A DNA stretch of 64,000 bases from Rhabdothermincola salaria. GTDB taxonomy: Bacteria; Actinomycetota; Acidimicrobiia; Acidimicrobiales; Acidimicrobilacustridaceae. The DNA lies in NCBI RefSeq assembly GCF_021246445.1, contig NZ_JAJQXW010000005.1, forward strand, positions 124,001 through 188,000. Direction: 5' to 3'. A program made the translations under genes and the position numbers. How positions within the stretch are numbered: position 1 is the first letter of the stretch; every line of letters begins with the position of its first letter. Below are positions 38,445 through 46,817 of the stretch, one piece after another. Below the pieces are notes generated by a model, which saw only the letters and a program-made list of their open reading frames with translations, had not been told where the DNA came from and searched no databases.

Positions 38445-39922
38445 GCGACACCAAGGTGATCGTCGACAAGTTGTGGAACTATTGCGACATCCTTCGGGAT
38501 GACGGCCTGTCGTACGGCGACTACCTGGAGCAGTTGACATACCTGCTGTTCTTGAAGATGGCCGAGGAGCAGCGGGAGCTCGGGCTCGATCGGATCATGC
38601 CAGAGGGCTACGACTGGCCGTCGCTGCTCGGCAGAAAGGGCGAGGCGCTCGAGGCGCATTACATCGCGATCCTCAACCACCTCGGCGGCACCGACGACCT
38701 GCTCGGTGTCATCTTCCGCAAGGCCCAGAACCGCATCCAGGACCCGGCCAAGCTCGAGCGATTGATCAAGGATCTGATCGGCCAAGAGACCTGGATGACC
38801 CTCGGCGCCGATGTGAAGGGCGACGCCTACGAGGGCCTGCTTGAGCGAAACGCGGCTGACACGAAGTCCGGCGCCGGGCAGTACTTCACGCCGCGTGCGT
38901 TGATCTCGGCGATGGTCGACGTGATGCAGCCGAGCCCGGACATGCGGATCTGCGACCCGGCCTGTGGCACCGGCGGTTTTTTCCTCGCTGCGTTCGACAA
39001 CATCGTCCGCAACAACCCGAACCTCGATCCCGACCAGAAGCGGCACATCCGCTCGGGCCTATTCACCGGCTGGGAGATCGTCGACAACACCGCCCGCCTG
39101 TGTGCGATGAACCTGCTGCTGCACGGCATCGAGTCACCTGAGTCGGACAGCCCGATCCACGTCGACGACGCCCTGCGGGCCGACCCGGGTGAGCGGTTCG
39201 ACATGGTGCTCACCAACCCGCCGTTCGGAAAGAAGTCGTCGGTCCAGATCGTCACTGCCGAGGGCAAGGCCGAGCGGCAGAGCCTCACCGTGGTGCGTGA
39301 TGATTTTTGGGCGTCGACGTCCAACAAGCAGCTCAACTTCGTCCAGCACGTGAAGACCCTGCTCAAGGTCGAGGGCACTGCCGCTGTGGTGGTACCCGAC
39401 AACGTGTTGTTCGAGGGCGGCGCCGGCGAGACCATTCGACGCAAGCTGCTCCACGAGTGCGACGTCCACACGCTGCTGCGCCTGCCGACCGGGATCTTCT
39501 ACGCCCAAGGTGTGAAGGCCAACGTTCTGTTCTTCGACCGCAAGCCCGGCTCCGACACCCCGTGGACCGAGGACCTGTGGATCTACGACCTGCGGACGAA
39601 CAAGCACTTCACCCTCAAGACCAACTCCCTCGCGCGCGCTGACCTCGATGACTTCGTCGAGTGCTACAAGCCCGGCCACCGTGGCAAGCGGGAGGAGAGC
39701 GAGCGGTTCCATCGCTTCAGCTACGACGAACTCATCGCTCGTGACAAGGCCAGCCTCGACATCTCCTGGCTCCGCGACGAGAGCCTCGAGGACACTGACA
39801 ACCTTCCGGCCCCCGGTGTGATCGCCGCCGAGATCGTCGAGGACCTCCAGGCCGCCCTCGAGGAGTTCACCGCCCTGGCTGAATCTCTCCAGGCCATCGG
39901 CGTCGACGTCGAGGAGGCGTGA
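38441..39922 (+). CDS. hsdM: Type I R-M N6-adenine methyltransferase
   Basis: 'GQYFTPR', 'DPACGTGGF', NPPF, 'LRLPTGIFY'. Confidence 0.95.
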   Translation: MSDTKVIVDKLWNYCDILRDDGLSYGDYLEQLTYLLFLKMAEEQRELGLDRIMPEGYDWPSLLGRKGEALEAHYIAILNHLGGTDDLLGVIFRKAQNRIQDPAKLERLIKDLIGQETWMTLGADVKGDAYEGLLERNAADTKSGAGQYFTPRALISAMVDVMQPSPDMRICDPACGTGGFFLAAFDNIVRNNPNLDPDQKRHIRSGLFTGWEIVDNTARLCAMNLLLHGIESPESDSPIHVDDALRADPGERFDMVLTNPPFGKKSSVQIVTAEGKAERQSLTVVRDDFWASTSNKQLNFVQHVKTLLKVEGTAAVVVPDNVLFEGGAGETIRRKLLHECDVHTLLRLPTGIFYAQGVKANVLFFDRKPGSDTPWTEDLWIYDLRTNKHFTLKTNSLARADLDDFVECYKPGHRGKREESERFHRFSYDELIARDKASLDISWLRDESLEDTDNLPAPGVIAAEIVEDLQAALEEFTALAESLQAIGVDVEEA

Positions 39923-40167
39923 TGGCCAAGTACGACCCACTGCACGAGCACCTCGTATCGAAGCCCGACTCGTTGCTGAAGCTCTCGTTCTCGGAGATCG
40001 AGCGGATCTTCGGCGAGCCGCTTCCGGCGTCGGCACGGAAGCACCAGGCGTGGTGGGCCAACGAGTCCGACGGGAGCCACGTCGAAGCTCGGGCCTGGCT
40101 GGACGCCGGCTATCGCACCCAAGGGCTCGATCTCAACTCCGAGACCATCGAGTTCGTCCGAGGCTGA
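39922..40167 (+). CDS. Small DUF7662-like protein coupled to hsdM
   Basis: 'KYDPL...LSFSEIERI...LPASA...WWAN...AWLDAGY' pattern (family recalled from memory); TGATG overlap. Confidence 0.7.
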   Translation: MAKYDPLHEHLVSKPDSLLKLSFSEIERIFGEPLPASARKHQAWWANESDGSHVEARAWLDAGYRTQGLDLNSETIEFVRG

Positions 40168-40184
40168 GCAGGGGATCGCCTTCG

Positions 40185-40862
40185 TCAGGCCCCGTTTCGC
40201 CGCTTGGCAAGCACCTGCTGGCCGTAGCGGAACAACCCATACTCGACCTCGTCGGGACGGAAGCCGGAGGCTTCGAAGGATCGCGCCATCTCGACATAGG
40301 CGAGATACGAGCCCTTCTGCTCGACGCTTCGCGGGATCTTGAACGCCTCCCAGGCTCCCCACGAGGTGTTGATGTCGGCGATCAGCGACACTGGCTTCTC
40401 CGGGCTATCGCGCAATGACGCGAAGTAGGTGACCTTGGTACCGAAAGCGATCCCCAGCCCGGTGACCCGGGAGGCGGAGGAGCGGATGGCATCCCAGCTC
40501 TCGGCGGGGCCGAGGGCGCCCGCAGCCGTGATGGCCGCCAGTCGCTCGGCGAACGTCGGGCCGGTCTTCGTGACCATCTCGCCGACCCGGTGCGGTCCGT
40601 AGCCAACGGGACCGAATCCGAAGACCATGGCCCCCAGGAAGAGCCGCTCGTCGGTTGCGCCCAACGCGATCACGTCGTTTCGTGAGATGCGCCCTGGATG
40701 GGAGACGGTGAGGTCGACCGCGTCCTCCAGGAACGCGTTGGTCGAGGAGAGTGGCACCGCCCGCCACGCCTCAGGGTTCCACGCCACGCTGTGATGAAGG
40801 ATCGATCCGTCGCTCTGCAAATCGGAGATCGACCGAACGACTGCTTCTGGTAGTTCGGCCAT
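40185..40862 (-). CDS. OGG-fold/helix-hairpin-helix DNA glycosylase-like protein
   Basis: 'ISRNDV', 'AMVFGFG..GYGPHR', HhH-like 'VTGLGIAFGTKVTYF', 'LIAD', 'YLAY', 'DEVEYGLF'; TACGAT 6 nt before ATG. Confidence 0.65.
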   Translation of the reverse strand: MAELPEAVVRSISDLQSDGSILHHSVAWNPEAWRAVPLSSTNAFLEDAVDLTVSHPGRISRNDVIALGATDERLFLGAMVFGFGPVGYGPHRVGEMVTKTGPTFAERLAAITAAGALGPAESWDAIRSSASRVTGLGIAFGTKVTYFASLRDSPEKPVSLIADINTSWGAWEAFKIPRSVEQKGSYLAYVEMARSFEASGFRPDEVEYGLFRYGQQVLAKRRNGA

Positions 40863-40949
40863 CCCATGATCGTAGGCAGGGCCACCGACAAGAGTGCGGG
40901 GATGTCGCAGACACCGGGCATCGTGCGTTCTGGCCGTAAGGAGTCGCAC

Positions 40950-41480
40950 ATGACAGTCGAGAGACCGGAACGCCAGGCACCCGATGGGTCAGTGGGACCG
41001 AGTCGGAGACCCGAGCACGCCACCGTTCGTGTCGTCGTGGGTGAACTGAGCGCTGACGTCGATGCCGGGCTCGCCGGCATCATCGAAGGGATCTGGCGGC
41101 TCGGCATACCAACTCGCGCCTGCTGTGAAGGCGGCATCACAGCTGCGGCCGGCGCTACCCGCGAGAACCGGGCCTACATCTCCTTCGACACGGCTGAGCA
41201 GCTGGAGAGGTTCCTCGACCTCTTCGATGCGACGCGCCTGTCGGAGCACAGATGGCAGAAGTTCGACTGGTCGGATGGGCCGGGTAGCACCGTCGTCGAA
41301 CTGGAGCCGATCGGCTGGCGATACGACATCAGCGTTCGCCGCCCCATCCCCGGGATCCGCGGGATGCAGGTCGGTGGCAGCGTTCGCATTCCGGTGGGAG
41401 ACCTCGCCGAGATCGAGTCGGTCCTGGTGACGATGCTGGCGGAACGCGATGCCGCACCTCCGGAGAGGGCACTGCTCTAA
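40950..41480 (+). CDS. Hypothetical protein
   Basis: AAGGAG RBS; 'VDAGLAGIIEGIWRLGIPTRACCEG...AYISF'. Confidence 0.6.
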   Translation: MTVERPERQAPDGSVGPSRRPEHATVRVVVGELSADVDAGLAGIIEGIWRLGIPTRACCEGGITAAAGATRENRAYISFDTAEQLERFLDLFDATRLSEHRWQKFDWSDGPGSTVVELEPIGWRYDISVRRPIPGIRGMQVGGSVRIPVGDLAEIESVLVTMLAERDAAPPERALL

Positions 41481-42166
41481 CCGGTCGCATGGGGTGAACG
41501 GCGAAACCCCGGCGATGTGCCGAGGGCAGGGATCGTTCCGGGGTCTTGGGGTTGCCACGATACCGGTGTGAGCGGAGCCCTAGTCTGGATTAACTGTGGA
41601 AGTGGCTGGGGGCGTCCAGCGGACTTGTCCACCTAGCTCCAGGGTTCGGCTCATGCCTGAGTTCGAGGAGGTCGGCGTCGTACCTCCAGGCAAGCGGCTC
41701 GAGGTACGACAAGGGCGACGATCGGTAAGAGCGCGTGGCAGGGGAGGTGGCACGGGAGTTCGGTTTCCGTCGGCTCAGGTCGAGCTCGCCGCTACCGTCG
41801 GGCCGACAAGGAGGTCCGAGGCGTTGCGTCCCAGGGGAGGGGGCGCGGCTTTGCTGCCGCTTTGATGCAGTCCGTAGTGATTGGGCCCCTGCTTCGTTCA
41901 GCCGCTGCGCTGGGTCACGAAGAGGGCGGGCAGACGCTTCTGGGCCGCTAGGCAGGCGGGCCGGGGGCTGAGAGAAGGGCGCGGCTGTGCAATCTCGACT
42001 GACTCCCGTGGCCTCTTAGTTCTGCGCCACCATTGGGTGAAGCTCGCATCGCTCGAGGCAGCGCGTCCCTGTGCGACAGTTGTGCTATGGGAATTCGTGG
42101 ATCCGCTGGCGATCGGATTGGCCGGCAGGCGACGTCGGATCGCTATGCCGGTACCCTGGTCGGGCC

Positions 42167-42703
42167 GTGAACGAGAACCAGCCGGAGACGCCGTCGAAGG
42201 CCCCATCGGTTTCTAGGGCCAAGGCCGATCTATACCGGCTCGCGTACACCGAGAGCCGGGCGAGAGTCCACGACCAGACCGAAGAGTTGTCCACGATGAA
42301 GCAGCGGGCGGTTCAATTCGTGGCGTTCATTGGGGCTTCTACGGCCTTCCTGGTCGGGTCTGTCGTCGGTAATTCCGGGTCCATTGGTGCGGGTGGACAG
42401 ATTCTCGCCGGAGTCGCGACCGTTTTTCTTATCGGGATGCTCGCGTCACTCACGCTGTTGTTGTGGCCGGGCAAGTGGTCCCTATCCGTCCAGGCGCAAC
42501 CCCTCCTGACTGATTGGATCGATTCCGATATTCATCCACCCGGACCAGCGATCTACAAGGAGCTTGCTGAGGAGGTCGATAAGAAGGCGGACGGAAATGA
42601 GTTGGAGCTTGGGCGGCGACGCTGGCTCTACGTGGCGGCAATTCTCTGCGGGATGGGCCAACTTGCGCTGTGGATCGCACTCGGATGGTTGACGCTTAGC
42701 TGA
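42167..42703 (+). CDS. Three-TM membrane protein resembling Pycsar/SLATT-type effectors (start uncertain)
   Basis: N-terminal helix, two adjacent TM helices, soluble loop, 'N...RRRWL' then terminal TM; A/T-richer codons. Confidence 0.55.
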   Translation: MNENQPETPSKAPSVSRAKADLYRLAYTESRARVHDQTEELSTMKQRAVQFVAFIGASTAFLVGSVVGNSGSIGAGGQILAGVATVFLIGMLASLTLLLWPGKWSLSVQAQPLLTDWIDSDIHPPGPAIYKELAEEVDKKADGNELELGRRRWLYVAAILCGMGQLALWIALGWLTLS

Positions 42704-42734
42704 GTTGCGGGCGAAACAACTACAGTGCCGGTCC

Positions 42735-43916
42735 GTGTCGGACCCCGATCGCCCATCTCCGGATGCCCGTTTCCCGTTTCGTCGGAGAGATACACCGCCT
42801 CCTCCTCCTCCTACGCCTGCGCCTCCTGAGTCTGAGCCGAACCCCTCGACTCCGTCAGCGCCAAAGCCGGCAAGGCGTACCTTCATCCCCGAGACACCAC
42901 GGGCAACAGCCTCGCCAGCTGTAGTGACGATGAGCCAGTTGCTTGAAGCTGGCGTGCATTACGGGGGCTCGACCCGCCGCTGGAACCCGAAGATGAAGCG
43001 CTTCATCCACGGTGAGCGCAACGGTATCTACATCATCGACCTGCAGCAGACGCTGGGTCGCATCGAGACCGCCTACGTCTACGTGCGCGACCTGGTCGCC
43101 GATGGCGGCACGATCCTGTTCGTCGGCACCAAAAGGCAAGCTCAGGATTCGGTGCAGTTCTATGCCGAGAAGTGCGGGATGCCCTACGTGAACGAGCGCT
43201 GGCTCGGCGGGATGCTCACCAACTTCCAGACGATCTCCAAGCGTGTGGCGAAGATGAAGGAGTACCTGCGCATGCGGGACTCCGGTGAGTTCGAGGCGAT
43301 GCCCAAGAAGGAAGCCCTCCTCATCTCCCGTGAGCTCGAGAAGCTCGAGCGCAACCTCGGTGGCGTCCGCAACATGGAGCGCCTGCCCGACGCGGTCTTC
43401 GTGCTCGACACCAAGAAGGAAGACATCGCGGTCACGGAGGCCAACAAGCTCGGTCTCCCGATCGTCGCCGTGGTCGACACCAACTGCGATCCCGACATCA
43501 TCCAGTACGTCATCCCGGGTAACGACGACGCCATCCGCTCCGCCAACCTCATGGCCCGTGTGGTCGCCGATGCCGTCGAGGAGGGCCGGTTCATCGCCTC
43601 GCGTAAGCGCGGCGCTGCGGCCGATGCCGCCGCTCCCGCCGTGCAGGAGCGCAGCGCCGAGGAGGTGGCCGCCCACGAGGCCGCTCAGGCCAAGGCCCGC
43701 CGTCAGGCCGCCGAGGCCGCGGCCGCCCGCGATGCCCGCATCGCCGCCGAGCAGGCCGAGCCGGCCCAGTCCGCGGAGGAGACCGAGGCCCTCGCCGCCG
43801 ACCAGCCCACCGAGGCCGGCCTCACCCCAGAGAACGTCGAGAACCTCGAGGCCGACGCCGAGGCTGCCGGTCAGGGCGCCGCCGAGAACCTCCGCCCCCG
43901 CCCAAAGGAGGCCTGA
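42735..43916 (+). CDS. rpsB: Ribosomal protein S2 homologue with Pro-rich N-terminal extension (island-borne)
   Basis: '[14 protein letters not shown]', 'TRRWNPKM', 'NGIYIIDL', 'LFVGTK', 'RWLGGMLTN', 'VDTNCDPD', 'PGNDDAIRS'; GTG 42735 follows TACAGT. Confidence 0.9.
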   Translation: MSDPDRPSPDARFPFRRRDTPPPPPPTPAPPESEPNPSTPSAPKPARRTFIPETPRATASPAVVTMSQLLEAGVHYGGSTRRWNPKMKRFIHGERNGIYIIDLQQTLGRIETAYVYVRDLVADGGTILFVGTKRQAQDSVQFYAEKCGMPYVNERWLGGMLTNFQTISKRVAKMKEYLRMRDSGEFEAMPKKEALLISRELEKLERNLGGVRNMERLPDAVFVLDTKKEDIAVTEANKLGLPIVAVVDTNCDPDIIQYVIPGNDDAIRSANLMARVVADAVEEGRFIASRKRGAAADAAAPAVQERSAEEVAAHEAAQAKARRQAAEAAAARDARIAAEQAEPAQSAEETEALAADQPTEAGLTPENVENLEADAEAAGQGAAENLRPRPKEA

Positions 43917-44011
43917 CACCTGTGGCTGGTTTCAATGCCCTGGTTCGCTTACCGCATGATCCGATGACTGGTGTTGCCGACACGCGATCTGTTCGTGTTG
44001 GCGGTCATGGG

Positions 44012-44032
44012 CTTCTAACGGATCTTCTAACG
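44012..44032. repeat. Putative integrase arm-type sites (right)
   Basis: CTTCTAACG-GAT-CTTCTAACG identical to 27483-27503. Confidence 0.75.
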
Positions 44033-44149
44033 AACGGGCCGATATGACCCGGAACTGACGCAATCGGGTTGATGGCAGCAGCCCACGAAACCCCAGGTCA
44101 GGCGCATGATCCGGCATTCAGCGGTATCCGCCGACATGGGCCTTGGCTA

Positions 44150-44197
44150 GCTCATAACCCGAAGGTCGCAGGTTCAAATCCTGCCCCCGCCACCAAC
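44150..44197 (+). repeat. attR core (48-bp duplicate of tRNA-Met 3' half)
   Basis: Identical to 27379-27426; lacks tRNA 5' half. Confidence 0.95.
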
Positions 44198-44212
44198 TTC
44201 CGAGATGTCGGC

Positions 44213-44248
44213 TCGAGAACCCCCCTGCGGTGGGGTTCTCGACGTTTT
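44213..44248 (+). terminator. Probable original tRNA terminator displaced by island
   Basis: TCGAGAACCCC...GGGGTTCTCGA stem followed by CGTTTT. Confidence 0.65.
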
Positions 44249-44618
44249 CGGGGTGTTTCACCCGTTTCCCCGGGCTGCGGTGCGGATCTCTCGGGTGGTT
44301 CGGGGCTACGACCCGACGCAACTCTCGACGGGTCGTTCATCGACGACATGACGGCCACCGAGGTGTACCAGATCTGCTGCCAAGGGCTGTTACCCACAAC
44401 GAACCTGGGATGCCGAGACTGGCCTGGATGGTCGACCATCACCCCAACGAACCATTCGGGGAGCTCACCCACCAACCCTCATCGCCGCCCGGCGGACACC
44501 AACCGCAGCGGACACCGGCCCCAACCGTGGGGGGTCTGTTGGCATGGAGGACCGACGATGAGCTGACGGAGACGGCGCAGCTCCTGCTCGCCGCCGAGGC
44601 GACGTCGACGCAGCGTGC

Positions 44619-45179
44619 TCACTCCCTCCAGTACTCCGGACGGTCCATCGCCGTCGCGCAGGCCACCCTGCCCCGGAGCCGGCCGATGCAGCCCGGCTTC
44701 AACTCCTGCACCATCCAGGCGTCGGCGACGTCGTCGGGGATGGGGTAGGGCGCCTCGAAGCCGAGGACACCGGCCGGCCGGAAGCCGTGGCGGGGGTAGT
44801 AGTCGGGGTGCCCCAGAACGAAGACGAGGTCAGCACCCGCTCGGCGCAGGGCATCGAGGCCCGCCTCGATCAGCCGGCCGCCGACGCCCTGGCTCTGCGC
44901 GTCGGGAACCACGGCGAGGGGTGCCAACAGGAAGACGACGGGCTGACCTCCTTCCGTCTGAAGGTGTCCTTTCGTGAACAAGATGTGGCCGACCGGACGA
45001 TCCTCCCGCAGGGCGAGCAAGGACACCCAGGGTGCCGCTGTCGGGTCGACGAGCAGGTTCTCCACCAACTCGTCGATGGGCTCCGCGTCGAACGCCGCCC
45101 GTTCGATGGCGAGGACCTCGGCGAGATCTGCCGGCTCGGCGTTGCGGATCACGGTCGGCGGGGTCGGCGGGTCGTTCAT
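44619..45179 (-). CDS. GNAT N-acetyltransferase (YhbS-like)
   Basis: 'VGHILF', 'LAPLAVVPDAQSQGVGGRLI', 'VLGHPDYYPRHGF'. Confidence 0.9.
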   Translation of the reverse strand: MNDPPTPPTVIRNAEPADLAEVLAIERAAFDAEPIDELVENLLVDPTAAPWVSLLALREDRPVGHILFTKGHLQTEGGQPVVFLLAPLAVVPDAQSQGVGGRLIEAGLDALRRAGADLVFVLGHPDYYPRHGFRPAGVLGFEAPYPIPDDVADAWMVQELKPGCIGRLRGRVACATAMDRPEYWRE

Positions 45180-45493
45180 GTCGTGAGCTTCGCGTGCCCG
45201 CGCGTGAGGCGGTTGACGAGCTGACCACGCATCGGCCGACCCGGCTCGCGTGCTCCGGGCACCCATCGGCGCCGATGCTTGCGACGGGTGCTTCCGCCAC
45301 TCTCTTCGTGGAGGGCTACGGAGCACCCCCCTCGGAGCGAACTGTGCACGTCCGAGTGACGTCAGCGGAACGCGAACACTGCGTCGAGCGCGCTGCCGTC
45401 ATCCGCCTCCGATGTCGCCTCGTCGACGGCCGGCGCGTTGCGGTCGTCGACTGCGGGAAGCACGGAGAGTCAGCAGGGGCTTCGCAGGGCCCT

Positions 45494-45943
45494 TCAGTCG
45501 GGCGATGACACCCCGGCCGGCAGCACGCCACCGGCGGCGATCCATCGCCCGAACACCTCGGCTCCCTCCGTGGGGTTGTACAGGTCCTCCTGGTAGGAGA
45601 ACTGGCCGTCGCCGGCGTACTCGAGGATCGTGACGCATCCGAAGCGGAAGTCCTCCCCCTGCCCGGTGGGGTGGGGGAGGACCTGCCAGGGGTAGTACAC
45701 GACGCGGTTGCCCTCGACGACGACCCACTCCACGGGGAAGGTCATGGTCGACGGGGCCTGGGCCATCACGTCGACGATGGCGCGCCTGATCGCCTCTCGA
45801 CCCTCGAAGCGCCCGAGGTGGTGCTCCACCCAGACGCCGTCGACCGTGTGCAGGTCGGCCCAGGCGTTCCAGTCGCCGCTCTCGCCCACGGCCACGAACT
45901 GGTCGTAGGCGGCGCGGACCTCGGCCTCGTCGAACGTCGTCAT
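45494..45943 (-). CDS. SnoaL/NTF2-like protein
   Basis: 'WNAWADLHT.DG', 'FEGREAIR', 'EYAGDGQFSYQEDLYN'. Confidence 0.85.
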   Translation of the reverse strand: MTTFDEAEVRAAYDQFVAVGESGDWNAWADLHTVDGVWVEHHLGRFEGREAIRRAIVDVMAQAPSTMTFPVEWVVVEGNRVVYYPWQVLPHPTGQGEDFRFGCVTILEYAGDGQFSYQEDLYNPTEGAEVFGRWIAAGGVLPAGVSSPD

Positions 45944-46055
45944 CGCCACTCCCCTGTCAGGAGCGCCCCTCGCCCCACCGGGAGTTGTAGCGCGTGGTTG
46001 CGGCGGGTGCTGCCCGGCTAGGGGAGGTCCGCATCGACCGGGTGGAGCAAACGCG

Positions 46056-46751
46056 TCATCCAGGGACCACGTCGGGCCGGCCGGTGGCACCCGGGCAGGT
46101 CGGGCCTTGGCCTTCGCGGGCCACGATCGGTTCCTGAGGCGGCGCGGTGTCGTCGGATCCGAGGCTCCCAGTCCCGGCGGTCCGGCCGAAGCGCTGGGTG
46201 GCCCAGAGCACACCGTCGTCGCACACGAAGCCGATGCCGATGCGGTCGAACCCCGGTCGCAGCACGTTGGCCCGGTGACCCGCCGAGCGCATCCATCCCA
46301 CGTGGACGGTCGAGGCCGGTACCGGCCCGGCGCCGCGGAAGATGTTCTCGCCCACACCAGTGAACCCCTCGGACCGTTTCAACACCACCTGGGTGTCCTG
46401 GTGCTCCAGGGTCCCCTCCTCGGCCATCTGCGCGGTCCAGTCGCGCGCCAGGCCGGCCAGCTGGTCGTCCCACTCCAAGGGCTCGAGTGCGCGCTCGGTT
46501 CGCTCGGCGTTGACCAGGTCGAACACCATCCGTTCCATCCTCCGCTCGACGGCGACGTCGTCCTCGGGGGGCGGCGTACCCGCCTGAGAGGTCTGGGGCG
46601 AGCCGGTGTCGGTGGTCTCGGGGGCGCTGGTCTGGTCCGCTCCGCCCACGGTGGGTGCCGCGCCCGGCTCGTCGTTGGTCGAGCTGCAACCGGCGAGCGC
46701 CAGGAGACCGACGAAGGCGGACGCGACGGCGCGGTGGTGGAAAAGAGCCAT
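46056..46751 (-). CDS. CAP/SCP domain lipoprotein
   Basis: Lipobox LAGC; 'LVNAER', 'GENI', 'WMRSAGHRANVL'. Confidence 0.88.
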   Translation of the reverse strand: MALFHHRAVASAFVGLLALAGCSSTNDEPGAAPTVGGADQTSAPETTDTGSPQTSQAGTPPPEDDVAVERRMERMVFDLVNAERTERALEPLEWDDQLAGLARDWTAQMAEEGTLEHQDTQVVLKRSEGFTGVGENIFRGAGPVPASTVHVGWMRSAGHRANVLRPGFDRIGIGFVCDDGVLWATQRFGRTAGTGSLGSDDTAPPQEPIVAREGQGPTCPGATGRPDVVPG

Positions 46752-46817
46752 GGGCGAGGCTTACCCAGACCCTTGTGCCGTGGGACGCGCGGTGGCTGGT
46801 GACGGCCTCGCCGTCGA

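Noticed and set aside
27427..44149. Prophage or conjugative element (ICE/AICE)
   Set aside because: No capsid, terminase, tail, Rep, relaxase or FtsK/TraB genes recognisable
44150..44197. Second tRNA-Met gene
   Set aside because: Only the 3' half is present; the acceptor 5' strand and D-arm are missing, so it is attR
44230..44618. Gene right of attR
   Set aside because: Only patchy coding-like fragments in different frames; no supportable product
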